DNA from: Hypanus sabinus
Lineage: Eukaryota
Length of the DNA stretch: 64,000 nt
NCBI RefSeq assembly: GCF_030144855.1
Contig: NC_082721.1
Location: 22,692,001 to 22,756,000, forward strand
Reading direction: 5' to 3'
Shown here: positions 12,424 to 24,500 of the stretch, one piece after another
How the letters are laid out: every line of letters starts with the position of its first letter
Position numbering within the stretch: the first letter of the stretch is position 1
The notes under the pieces: model-generated
What the model was told of the DNA's origin: nothing
What the model saw: only the letters and a program-made list of their open reading frames with translations
Databases searched by the model: none
Translations under genes and position numbers: made by a program

Positions 12424-14010
12424 AATCAGAATCGAAATCAGGTTTATTTTCACTGGCATGTATTGTGACATTTGTTAACTTAGGAGCAGCTCAATATAGA
12501 ATAAATAAACCTAATATAGAAGAAAAAATAATAATGAATAAAGTAAATCAATTACAATATCCATCTATTGAATAGATTAAATATGATGCAAAAACAGAAA
12601 TAATATATTTTAAAAGTGAGGTAGTGTTCACGGGTTTAATGTCCATTTAGGAGTCGGATGGCAGAGGGAAAGAAGCTGTTCCTAAATCGCTGAGTGTGTG
12701 CCTTCAGGCTTCTGTACCTCCTTCCTGATGGTAACCGTAGAAAAGAGCATGCCTTGGGTGCTGGGAGTCCATAATATTGGATGCTGCCTTTCTGGGTTAC
12801 TATTCCTTGAAGATGTCCTGGGTACTTTGCAGGCTAGTACCCAGATGGAGCTGACTAAATTTATGACCTCCTGCAGTTTCTTTCAGTCCTGTGCAGTCAC
12901 CCCTACCCCCCACCCCCCCACACACACCCTCATACCAGACAGTGATGCAGCCCGTCAGAATGCTTTCCATGGTACATCTGTTGAACTCTCCATGGTACAT
13001 GTATATAAGTTCTTGAGTGTTTCCGTTGGCATACCAAATCTCTTCAAACTTCTAATGAAGCATAGCCGCTGTCTTGCCTTCTTTATGCATCATTATGTTG
13101 GGACCAGGTTAGGCCCTCAGAGATCTTGACACCCAGAAACTTGAAACTGCTCACTCTCTCCACTTCTGATCCCTCTATGAGGATTGGTATGTGTTCCTTC
13201 ATCTTACCCTTCCAGAAGTCCACAATCAGCTCTTTCATCTTACTAATGTTGAGTGCCAGGTTGTTGCTGCAACACCACTCCACTAGTTGACTCTCTGACG
13301 GTGGTGTCTGAAAAGAGGATGCTGTCCAAGTTGCATGCCATCTTGGACAATGACTCCCATCCAGTCCATAATGTACTGGTTAGGCACAGGAGTACATTCA
13401 GCCAGAGACTCATTCCACCGAGATGTAAAACTGAGCGTCATAGGAAGTCATTCCTGCCTGTGGCCATCAAATTTTACAACTCCTCCCTCGGAGTGTCAGA
13501 CAGCCTGAACCAATAGGCTGGTCCTGGACTTATTTCCACTTGTCATGATTAACTTATTATTTAGTTATTTATGGTTTTTTATATTGCTATATTTCTACAC
13601 TATTCTTGGTTGGTGCAGCTGTAATGAAACCCAATTTCCCTCAGGATCAATAAAGTATGTCTGTCTGTCTTATATCTCACTCCTGTACGCCCCCTCATCT
13701 CCATCTGAGATTCTACCAACAATGGCTGCATCATCAACAAATTTATAGATGGTATTTGAGCTATGCAGTCACGGGTATAGAGAGAGTAGAGCAGTAGACT
13801 ATGAGCAAACCCCTGAGGTGCACCAGAGTTGATCATTACCGAGGAGGAAATGTTATTACCAATCCGCAGACTGTGGTCATCCAGTTAGGAAGTCGAGGAT
13901 CCAATTGCAGAGGAAGGTACAGAGGCCCAGGTTCTGCAACTTCTCTATCAGGATTGTGGGAATGATGATGTTAAATGCTGAGCTATAGTTGATGAACAGC
14001 ATCCTGACAG
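12424..14010 (-). mobile_element. Rex1/Babar-type LINE, 5'-truncated and degenerate
   Basis: WCCSNNLALNISKMKELIVDF, VERVSSFKFLGV, GAPQG...LLYSLYT; (GATTCT)n tail at the left end. Confidence 0.88.
13290..13670 (+). mobile_element. Second Rex1-family 3' end nested in the opposite orientation
   Basis: RMLSKLHAILDNDSHP...RSTFSQRL.PPRC.TERHRKSFLPVAI; AATAAA plus (GTCT)n tail; host sequence resumes on both sides. Confidence 0.8.
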
Positions 14011-14020
14011 GTATTGTCCA

Positions 14021-15041
14021 GTGACTAGTGGTGATTCGCAGAGGTTGGTTTTAGGACTGGTTCTTTTTATGCTGTATATCAATGATTCAGATAATGGAAT
14101 AGATGGCTTTGTTGCCAAGTTTGCAGATGAAACAAAGATTGGTGGAGGGGAAGATGGTGTTAAGGAAACAAGTAGGCTGCAGAAGGACTTAGATTAGGAG
14201 AATGGGCGAGAAAGTGGCAAATTAAATACAATGTTGGAAAATGCATGGTCATGCACCTTGGTAGAAGTAAATGTGCAGACAATTATCTAAACAGGGTGGG
14301 GGGGGGGTTGAGAAATACAAAAGTCTGAGATGCTTAGGGTCTTGGGAGTCCTTCTGTAGAACACCCTAAAGGTTGACTTGCAGGTAGAGTCAGTGGCGAG
14401 GAAGGCAAATGTAATGTTAACATTCGTTTCAACAAGTCTAGAATACAAAAACAGGAATGTGATGCTGAGGCTTTATAAGGCACTGGTGAGGTTTGAGTAT
14501 TAATAACAGCTTTGGGCTCCTCATCTAAAACATGTGCTGGCATTAGAGGGGGTTCAGAGGTTCACAACGATGAGATTCCAGGAATGAAAGGCTCATCATA
14601 TGAGGAATGTTTGACAGCTCTGGGCCTGTACTCGCTGGAATTTAGAAGGATGAGGGGGATCTCATTGAAACCTTTCCAATGTTGAAAGGCCTAGACAGAG
14701 TAGATGGGGAAAAGGATGTTTCCTAATGATGGGGGAGTCTAGGACAAGTGGGCACAGCCTCAGGATAGAGACCCACCCATTTAAAATAGAGATACAGAGA
14801 AATTTCTTTAGACAGAGGATGGTGAATTTGTGTAATGTGTTACCACAGCTGTGGAGGCCAGGTCTTTGGTGTATTTCAGGCAGAGCTTGATATGTTTTTG
14901 AGTAGGCACTGCATCAAAGGCTATGGGGAAAAAAGGCTGAGGAGTGGGGTTGAGGAGAGGAGAAGGATCAGCCATGATTGAATGATGACGCAGACTCAAT
15001 GGGCCAAATAGTCTAATTCTGCTCCTATATCTTAAGGTCTT
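14021..15041 (+). mobile_element. CR1 LINE 3' fragment
   Basis: VTSG..Q...LG..LF..YIND....IDGFVAKFADETKIGG; tail AATTCTGCTCCTATATCTT. Confidence 0.88.
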
Positions 15042-15539
15042 TATCATATAGAGGTTTATACTCATGCCAGAAGTTGACCTTGGGGTTGATCAAGCACCAT
15101 CATCGATGAGACTAGTTTTGGGATTAGATGAGAATTTGGTGGAACGGGGTGGTGTGAAAAGGATGGTGCAAGTTAGGATACATCAGCAGAGATTTCAATT
15201 ACTTCAAGTTTGCTGAACCCTAAACAAGGAAGACTGGCCAGGAATCCATTGGAATGATTGACACGGGTTCACAGCAGCATGTAAATTGAGGCTAGATGGA
15301 GTTCAGCAAAGGGATGCAAGTAATATTAATGATGGCTCAAACATGTGAGCCAAGGTAGAGTTAAATAGGACACTAAAATTGTGAACATTTTAACTCAGCC
15401 TTAAAAGCAAAATGAAGTCAATTACTTTTGACAATTATTGCATCTTCCAGCACTCCAATGTGAGGAATGACATGTTCTCGAAGCAAAGAACTCTCTAATC
15501 CCTCTTTATAGCAGAAAAGCTCACTCTATTACATCAATA

Positions 15540-16140
15540 AGTTGAAGTGTTCTTAGGTACATTTAATATCAGAGAAATGTATAAAATATACATCCTGAAA
15601 TTAATCTTCTTCCCAAACATCCATGAAAAAGGTGTGCTCCAAAGAATGAATGAGTTAAATGTAAGAACCCCAAAGCCCCCCCCAGCTACCCCCCCCCACA
15701 AACAGCAGCAAACAACCTTCCTCCTCCACCAGCAAAAACAAGCATCAGCAACCACCCCACCCAACACTCTAACATCAATAAAGATAGACTTGCAGTAGCC
15801 CAGTCTACTCATTCACCTGGTATTCGACATACCACACTCTCTCACTAGTAAGGGAAAGAGGTGTCCCCATTTCACAGCGAGAGGGGAGACATAAAGCAAC
15901 TTGCTGATTTATGGTGTTAAAAGTCTGTTGCATCGCATTTTTTGAGCTCTGTGCCCAAAGCACTCAGGTCCCTGGGCACACAACCAGCTTGCTTATGATC
16001 TTACATCTCCCATGACGCATCAGCTCGGCTCTAGAGCCACAAAAATCCAGCACCCTGAAGGCACGCTAGTCTTCCAGGCCGCGTCCTTGGCATATTGAAA
16101 AGCTGCTGGTCGTGAGGCCCCCATTTCTGAAAGGACTGAA
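15540..16140 (-). mobile_element. Unclassified interspersed repeat with a non-LTR-type tail at the left end
   Basis: ATTAAA signal and simple-repeat-like tail on the minus strand; C-rich tracts; family not assigned. Confidence 0.4.
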
Positions 16141-17167
16141 GTCTCAGAACATCAGTTCATCAACTTACCTTTATCTTAATTACTTTGGCACAGGGGGACC
16201 TCACCAAAAGTCATAGAGCTCTACAGCACAGAAACAGGCCCTTCAGTCCAACTAGTCCACGCCAAACTGTTATTCAGCCTATTCCCATTGACCTGCACAA
16301 GGTAGCAAGGAGGGTTTGTCATAAGTTCTCCTATCTGAAGGTCTAAAGATGAGGCCACAGCAACAGCAGGACTGTACTGAGTTGTTACACTTCCATTGGT
16401 TCTCGGAATGGGAAGAAGCTATTGAACCCAATTTCTTCTTGAGGGTGCAATTCATTCAATTCTATTGCAAAGCATGTATCTCTGATAAGGAAGAAGTAAA
16501 GCTCAATTGGGATGGTACCCATGTTTGAATAACCCGCTGATGCCGACCTGCATTCATTCACATGGCTGGCCCAGTGAAGTTTTTAAAAAGGATGCCACTA
16601 CCTATAGAACTGTATATTCAATGGAGTTCAGAGGAGTGCTGTGGAGCGCATCAGAAACAAGTGAAAAATACAAAATAACTCATTTATATTTGGCATAAAA
16701 AGCAAAAACTGTGAAGCTGGTGTGAATTCAAAATAAAAACTGACACAAGTAACATTGCTGCTGAAATTCAGTTCTATGAACTTTAATAGAACCAAATTTC
16801 AGAAGCCAAGTATAGTACTCAGCAATTATATACCACCAAATAACATTTTCAGAGGCAATTTCTCTTTCCTTCAACCTCAATCTCCATACAAGGTAGCAAA
16901 ATTTTGCATTACCATAGGCAGTCCACCCATAAAGAATATCCTGGAAAGTACTGATGGGCAGTAACTTGTAGTTATGCAAGTACCATGGCTACAATTTAGC
17001 TCAGAGACAGGGCATTCCTGATTCCCCAAATCATTCCAGCATCCTGTATCACAGAAGCCACAGACAGATGATAGAATGCTTAGCGCTGGCCTCGACGAGC
17101 CCAACCCCAGTTGTCACCATGACAAAGCAATTGATTTAAATGCCTATGATCCATCACCCTGAACATT

Positions 17168-18410
17168 CAGAATCAGGTTTATTATCACCCGCATGTGATG
17201 TGAAATTTATTAACTGAGCAGCAGCAGTTAAATGCAATACATAATCTAGCACAGAGAAAAAAAGTAATAAATAAAATAAAACATAATAAACAAATAAATC
17301 AATTACATATATTGAATAGGTTTTTTTAATGTGCGAAAACAGAAATACTGTATATTTTGAAAAGTAAGGTGGTGTCCAAATCTTCAATGTCCATTTAGAA
17401 ATCATATGGCAGAGGGGAAGAAGCTGTTCCGGAATCGCTGAGTGTGTGCCTTCAGGCTTCTGTATCTCCTACCTGATGATAACTGTGAGAAACGGGCATG
17501 CCCTGGGTGCTGGAGGTCCTTAATAATGGACACTGCCTTTCTGAGACACCACTCCCTAAAGATGTTCTGTATACTTTGTAGGCTAATGCCTAAGATGGAG
17601 CTGTCTAGATTTACAACCTTTTGCAACTTCTTTTGGTCCTGTGTAGCCCCTCCATACCAGATAGTGATGCAGCCTGTCAGAATGCTCTCCACAGTACAAC
17701 TATAGAAGTTTTTGAGTGTGTTTGTTGACATGACAAATCTCTTCCATCTCCTAATAAAGTATAGCAGCTGTCTTACCTTCTTTATGACTACATCAATATG
17801 TTGGGACCAGGTTAGATCCTCAGAAACCTTGACGCCCAGGAACTTGAAGCTGCTCACTCTCTCCACTTCTGATCCCTCTACAAGGATTGGTATGTATTCC
17901 TTTGTCTTACCCTTCCTTAAGTCCACAATCAGCTCTTACATCTTACTGACGTTGAGTGCCACGTTGTTGCTGTGGCACCACTCCACTAGTTGGCATATCT
18001 CACACCTGTATACCTTCTCGTCACCACCTGAGATTCTACCAACCAGCAAATTTATAGATGGTATTTGAGCTATGCCTAGCTACACAGTCATGTGTATACA
18101 GAGTGTAGAGCAGTGGGCTAAGCACACACCTCAGAGGTGTGCCAGTTGTGGTTTTCCAGTTAGGAAGACAGGGATCCAATTGCAGAGGGAGGTACAAAGG
18201 CCCAGGTTCTGCAACTTCTCAATCATGATTGTAGGAATGGTGGTATTAAATGCTGAGCTATAGTGAATGAACAGCATCCTGACATAGGTGTTTCTGTTGT
18301 CTAGGTGGTCTAAAGCTGTGTGGAGAGCCACTGAAATTGCATCTGCCATTGACCTATTGTGGCGCTAGGCAAATTGCAATGGATCCAGGTCCTTGCTGAG
18401 GCAGGAGTTC
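17168..18410 (-). mobile_element. Rex1/Babar-type LINE, 5'-truncated
   Basis: [33 protein letters not shown]; 174-aa C-terminal ORF ending RFRNSFFPSAI. Confidence 0.92.
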
Positions 18411-18919
18411 ATTTGTCAATCTGGGTAACTTCTGGATACCACACAAACAATATAACTCACCAAATACATCCACGGTAACCCTTCAATACACAAACACTTT
18501 CATGTTGGAACAAAGCAACAGATACTGCTACCTACAAATTGTCTATTTCACACAGCATCCTAACTTAGAAATGTATCACAATTGTTGTGCTAAGGAATTC
18601 CAGATTTTAATGCAATGAAATGGGAGTATGTACTTTCACCAAACTGAAGAGTAGTTCAGAAAGGAAGCTCACTGCCTTATTTTCAAGGACAAGGACAAGG
18701 ATTTGGCCTTACAAATGACCTTCACAGTGCACAAGTTAAAAAAAGCAATCACAGAAACAAAGTCTTATCTAAGTTTATCAAACCAAATTCCAAAATATAC
18801 TAATAATTTCTGGGAGTAGTCATTACATTATTCTACACACTAACAGTAAAACCTCAGCAAATTGCATCTCACTTAAGGTTATTCTCTCAAAAAAAATTTG
18901 CACAACTTCAGCCAGATCA

Positions 18920-21388
18920 TAAAGAGACACAAATGCATTTATTACATGGTAGTGTTCTTTACATCATGTACTTCCCTTAGTACATATTTAGACTCCTATT
19001 CATGGTGTTCTATCATGTCACTGTATTCAAGTAAACTATACTAAATTGTGGGACCCAAATGAGCAATTTCCCAACAGCACCAGTGTCACATAAGAGGTAA
19101 TGGGTCTCTGCTTAAAACACACAACAATATAAACATATTCTTTATGAGAAACCTTAGTTAGATTACTAAGTTGTACAACTTCCTTTCTTTACAGGTCATG
19201 AATTCACCTTTTAACACATGACAAATTACTTCAACCCCATAATCACTGCAACTCCCTTTATTTAGTATGAATTTTCTAGATTTAAGAAATGCCTTTGTTA
19301 CACTTATTTTGTTAAGTTACTTAACCGCCAACTCTTTTCATACTGATAACATCATTAGCAATGCTTAAAAACTGTAGGGTTAAAGGATAATGTTACAATT
19401 TAGTTTGATCATGCAAGAGAGAACTACAAAGTAAGAGAATAAAAGATATGGTCTTTTGAGATAAAGATTTGGGCAGAATGAGTGGTAAAGTCACTCAAGA
19501 GCAACCTTGACATGCAGTAATCAACCTTTGACCCCAGATACTATTGAAAGTACAGAAAATCATAGTATCAGATCTTAATTCCTCCACCAAACATTAGCCA
19601 TCATGGTCCAAGACAGTGCTTGCAATTACAAATGTTGAAACTGAAGGCTGTGCCACTTTCAAAACAAGGGGCAATTTTGTCGTGTTATATTTTTGTCAAA
19701 TATTAGGCAGTAATCTGTTTGACATTGACAGACTTTCATTGCTAAAAGTAACGTCAATTTATTGAAGAAAATAAATTCCTGCTTTATCTCCACCTTACAC
19801 AAGAAACCCTTTTTATGAATTTTCACAGTACTGGTGCTCAGTTCTGCCAAATGATTATTCATACTCCTTTGTACTAGAAGCCCCAGCAGCTCAAGGGCTT
19901 AAGCTGCAGTACACTAACTGGAAGATCTCATTAGATCTTGGTTTGACAGTGATGTACTTAATAACCAGTAAGAAAATATTGCAGGTTAAATGTCCAGAAT
20001 CCAAGCAGTATTCAGTACAAGAACAAACTGACAGAAAATACCCTTCTATCATTATATAACCCTGCTCTGCTGGAAAGAAAGAATGAGACTTGTTTTAGGA
20101 AAAGAGGTGTGGAGATTTCATCATGGTGTGTGCTGTGCTCTGCAAACTACCCACATTAAGACAGAGAAAGAACTGCATGGAGACCTGGGAGCCATGGCAC
20201 AGAGCCTGTAGAGCCACAAGAACAAGTAGGAAGAGTACAAGGCTTTCAGAGAGACATTCCTATTCAACATCGATAGCTTTTACCTCAGCGAACACAGGAA
20301 GGGGGCACTGTCCAGATGCCATGTTTCTAATCAAGGACCTTTTCATAATGAGCTTTTGAAATGTTATTCTTTCCCACACAAAAAAAAAGGCATATCCATA
20401 CTCTAGTAATACTATATTTCACACTAAAAGTTTAGATACTTAAGTATCCCAGCATCAGATGCACTGGGACAAAAGTGAAAAGTAATCTAATGCACCATAA
20501 AACAATATTATATTCATTCTTTAATGTTCTACTTTTGTTATCCTTAGGTAAAATTCCACATATGGCAGATGTACTTCGCTCATCACTCATGGAACAAATC
20601 TTCAAATAAGGTTGTTGGACAACTTTGGAGAGCAAGGGTGCCCCCACATCACTACATCTTTCCTTAAATCAAATGAGAAAACCCAATATAGTCACATTGG
20701 TTGACCTCAACTGAGCCCAAATTGAAAAATTTCCTGAATCTTTGTGCCAACTACTGTAGGCAATCACCAGATACATTTTGTGGAAAGAAAAATACGAAAA
20801 AATAAGCACATTGCCATGAACATTTCCTCTCTATTGTAGTAAGATTTATACTCTGATCGAATCACATAATTGATTTATTTTCTTTTTGAAAGATGAAAAT
20901 TATCATCTTCTCTAGAAGGTGGCAATTGATTTTTGAAGTTTTGAACTGGGTACACATCATGTGTTAGGTAGTGAAAAATGGCAAACTATCCTATTACTCT
21001 GCAGCTCAATCAATCTAAGACTAGTCTAACTTTTTGGACGATACCCTCACATAATTGAACTAGTGCCACTGATCCAGAGCAACAGCTTCAGACAATTTTA
21101 CTCTTTCTAGGTAAACAAGGAGAGACTGCGGTAAAAAGTTCATTTATGAGAAAAGGGCTCATGTTTGGTTCTCCTTTCTCTATGGAGCGATTACAATTGA
21201 ATTTTTCCCCACACAAGTTTTAGTGTACCTTGTTTCATTAGAAGGGTTCTGCTAGAACTCGGCAAGTTCTGGTTAACCTATTAGCAGGCTGCAGTTGAAC
21301 AACACATATATGAAAAAAAATCCATCTGGAGAGCAGTTCATCTACTGTGCCATAGTGGAAGGTGTACATGATGTACAGTGAAACAATC
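18920..21388 (-). other. THOP1: Probable THOP1 3'UTR with tandem polyadenylation signals
   Basis: No recognisable repeats; minus-strand AATAAA at 20874, 19758, 19257 and 18938, the last followed by GU/U-rich sequence. Confidence 0.5.
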
Positions 21389-21553
21389 TCAACAGGCTGA
21401 AGGTGCAGACTGCTTCTCGATATCTACTCTCAGCCCTTTGCTCAGAAGAAAGGCTTCTTGTTTAGGCTCACGGCCCAAAAAACATTTCAGCATGTCCTCA
21501 GCATCCATTGAACCACCTGGTTTAAGAATACAATTGCGATAATCTATTCCGAC
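21389..21553 (-). CDS. THOP1: THOP1 coding exon 12 (last)
   Basis: ttgtag|GTC; [41 protein letters not shown]...PSAC, then TGA. Confidence 0.95.
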   Translation of the reverse strand, partial: VGIDYRNCILKPGGSMDAEDMLKCFLGREPKQEAFLLSKGLRVDIEKQSAPSAC

Positions 21554-24500
21554 CTACAAGAGAGAAGCATAAAGAGGTTAGGAGATTGTTTTATAACTGA
21601 CAGCATATAACATCATTAAGTGTTGTTTTATTATAAACTGAAAAAAATTAGGAATGATTACAACTGAAGCACCAAACAATGGAAAACCAGAGCTTGCTTA
21701 TCAATGTAGTTTATCAAGTAAATGGTAGCTGTATTGTGGGACATGTAACCAGAAAGACCTCCATATTATGCTCCTGATAATGAGTCAGGTTTTAGTCTGC
21801 CAGCAAGCCCCTTTGAACAGAGGGTAGCTGAGGCATATGGATTAACTTAAGGGAAAGCTGGACAAATACATGAAGGTGAAAGAGAAGTAGGAAACGTTGA
21901 TGGGATCAAATGAGGTGGTGTGCAAGGAGAGCAATTCATAGAACAAACACCAACTTAGATCTAGTTGTGTGAATAGCCCACTTTATGCTGTTGAAATATG
22001 CAAGTTGGAAAACGTTTTCTCATATCAAAGTACTTAATAAATCTGAGATCATCTTCATCAGATCATAAGATATAGGAGCAGAATTAGGCTGTTCGGTCCA
22101 TCGAGTGTGCTCTGCCATTCCGTCATGGTTGATTTATTATCCCCCTCAACCCCATTCCCCTGCCTTCTCCACATAACCTTTAAAGCCCGGATTATTCAAG
22201 AGTCTATCAATCTCTGCTTTAAAGATACCCAAAATGACCTGGCCTCCACTGCCAGCTGCGGCAATGAATTCTACAGATTCACCATCTCTGGCCCAAGACA
22301 CCCCCACTATAAGAAACATCCTCTCAACATCCCTCTATCTTGACCTTTCAATATTCAATGAGACATTTCCCCTTCATTCTTCTGAACTCAGGTGAAACAA
22401 GCTCAGAGACATCATACACTCCGCATACATTCCCCGAATCATTATCACAAACCTCCTCCAGAACTCCTCTCTAATGGTACCCCATCTTCTCTGAGAGGGT
22501 CCAAATTTCAAACTTCATTTGACATTCAGGCAAAGATATATATTACAGAGGATGCCAAAACTAAAAAGATGCAATTGCTACAGATAACTGCACCCAACAG
22601 CAGCAAGCTGGATAATGACTTAAAACCACAGCAACACAGAAATGGCACTAGCTTTTAAGTATTCCAGAAGATATTCAAAAGTTCTGCAAATATTACAGTG
22701 AGGTTAAACAGAGACAAACGAGACAGATATAAAATGAAATTGCTTTGAAAGCGTGAAGGAAGAAATATTCTAGCTGGTGGGTCAGTGACAAGGATCATCA
22801 AGATGAAGTTTCCACAAATGGAGCAGAAAGATGGGGAGAATAGGTTTATGGAGAATAGAATACTTTGGCACAAAGTCTTTCTAAGGTAAAATTGGATAAA
22901 TATTTTAAACCAAGAAAGTTAGTTTTGGGAAGAGAAAATGTAGGACTATTGCATTTCTCTAGGAATGAGACAAAAATCTGTTAGGTTAAAATGGCCCTTC
23001 TAAATATACACTCATTCTAGGACAATGCAGTCAAGGTTAGGGAAGGAAAATAATCCTAGTGACCATCTAATAACCTACTTTGTAAAATGACTTAAGACAG
23101 TCAGGTTACATTTGAGATGTCAATAATTCCCCCCCCCCCCCCCTCCAAAAAAGAATTCTAACGAATCCATACCTTTGAGCTCATGATGCCTTCCTGTCGA
23201 AATCGGGTGTAGAACATGTCCATTGAGTAAACCTCACTCCAGAGATAACCATAATACTGGGCATCGTAACCCCCGACTAGGTGTCCAAATGTGGCTGGCA
23301 TATTAGTTTCTGAAAAGCAAGCATTATTTCTGCAGTCAATATATTTTTACATAATTTGTTTCTGTTTATTACATTTCTATAGGTGAGATCTAGTTAAATT
23401 TGTTGTTAGCTCAGTTGCACGCAAATTTTTAACCATAAGCAGCACTATATATTAATATTAATGAGCAAGTGGCAACTAATATTTTCAACTTAGCAGGATC
23501 CTAGATAGGATGCTGTCTAACGAGATAATGTACAGTATCAAACAATTCAGCAACAGGGATACTTTACAGACGGCTATTCCTTTTCTTTCTTTCTTTCTTT
23601 TTCAATCTTTTTATTAATTTCAACATATTAAAAATAACAGATATTGATGCAGAATTATTGGGACTACGTTGTTAATAGCTAACATACATGAATATATACT
23701 CAATTGGTATAAGGGAATTAAGTCTCCCAAAATCATGCATAGTACAAATATAATACACACAAAGCAAAGAGAATTGGAATAACAATAAGAAAAAAAAAAC
23801 AAAAAAATTATATATATAATTTAAAAAACTATCCAAGGCTAACCACTAACTAAAAAAAGAAAAAGAACCATAAGTGTCATCAACCCCGATCTCTCTACAT
23901 GTACAAAACCAGAAGAAAAATAAATAAATGGCCTCCGTCTTTTCAAATTTAATAGAAGGATCATATATAACACTTCTAATTTTTTTTCCAAGTTTAAACA
24001 TAACATAGTTTGAGAGAACCAATGAAATGTGGTAGGGGGATTAATCTCTTTCCAATGAACAAAATAGATCTTTTCGCCATTAATGTAAGAAATGCAATCA
24101 TCCGACGAGCTGAAGGCGTTAAATGAATTGGCTCTACTCATTGGTAAACCAAAAATTGCAGTAATAGGATGAGGTTGTAAATCAATACTCAATACCGTAG
24201 AGAAACGTAGAAATGTCTTTCCAGTATTTTTTCAAAGACGGACATGACCAAAACATATGAGTTAGAGAGGCTATCTCAGAATGACATCTGTCATATATAG
24301 GATTTATATGGGAATAATAACGAGCTAATTTTTCCTTGGACATATGGGCCCTGTGCACAACTTTAATCTGTATCAACGAATGTTTGGAACGTATAGAGGA
24401 TGAATTAACTAACTGAAGAATTTTTTTCCCATTTTTCAATAGGTGAAGTAAACTTAAGTTCCCTTTCCCAATCATTCTTACTTTTATAAGATACGTCTGA

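Noticed and set aside
21389-21394. Cys-TGA end of THOP1 read as selenocysteine
   Set aside because: The length equals the normal 689 aa, mammalian TOP also ends in Cys, and no SECIS was recognised.
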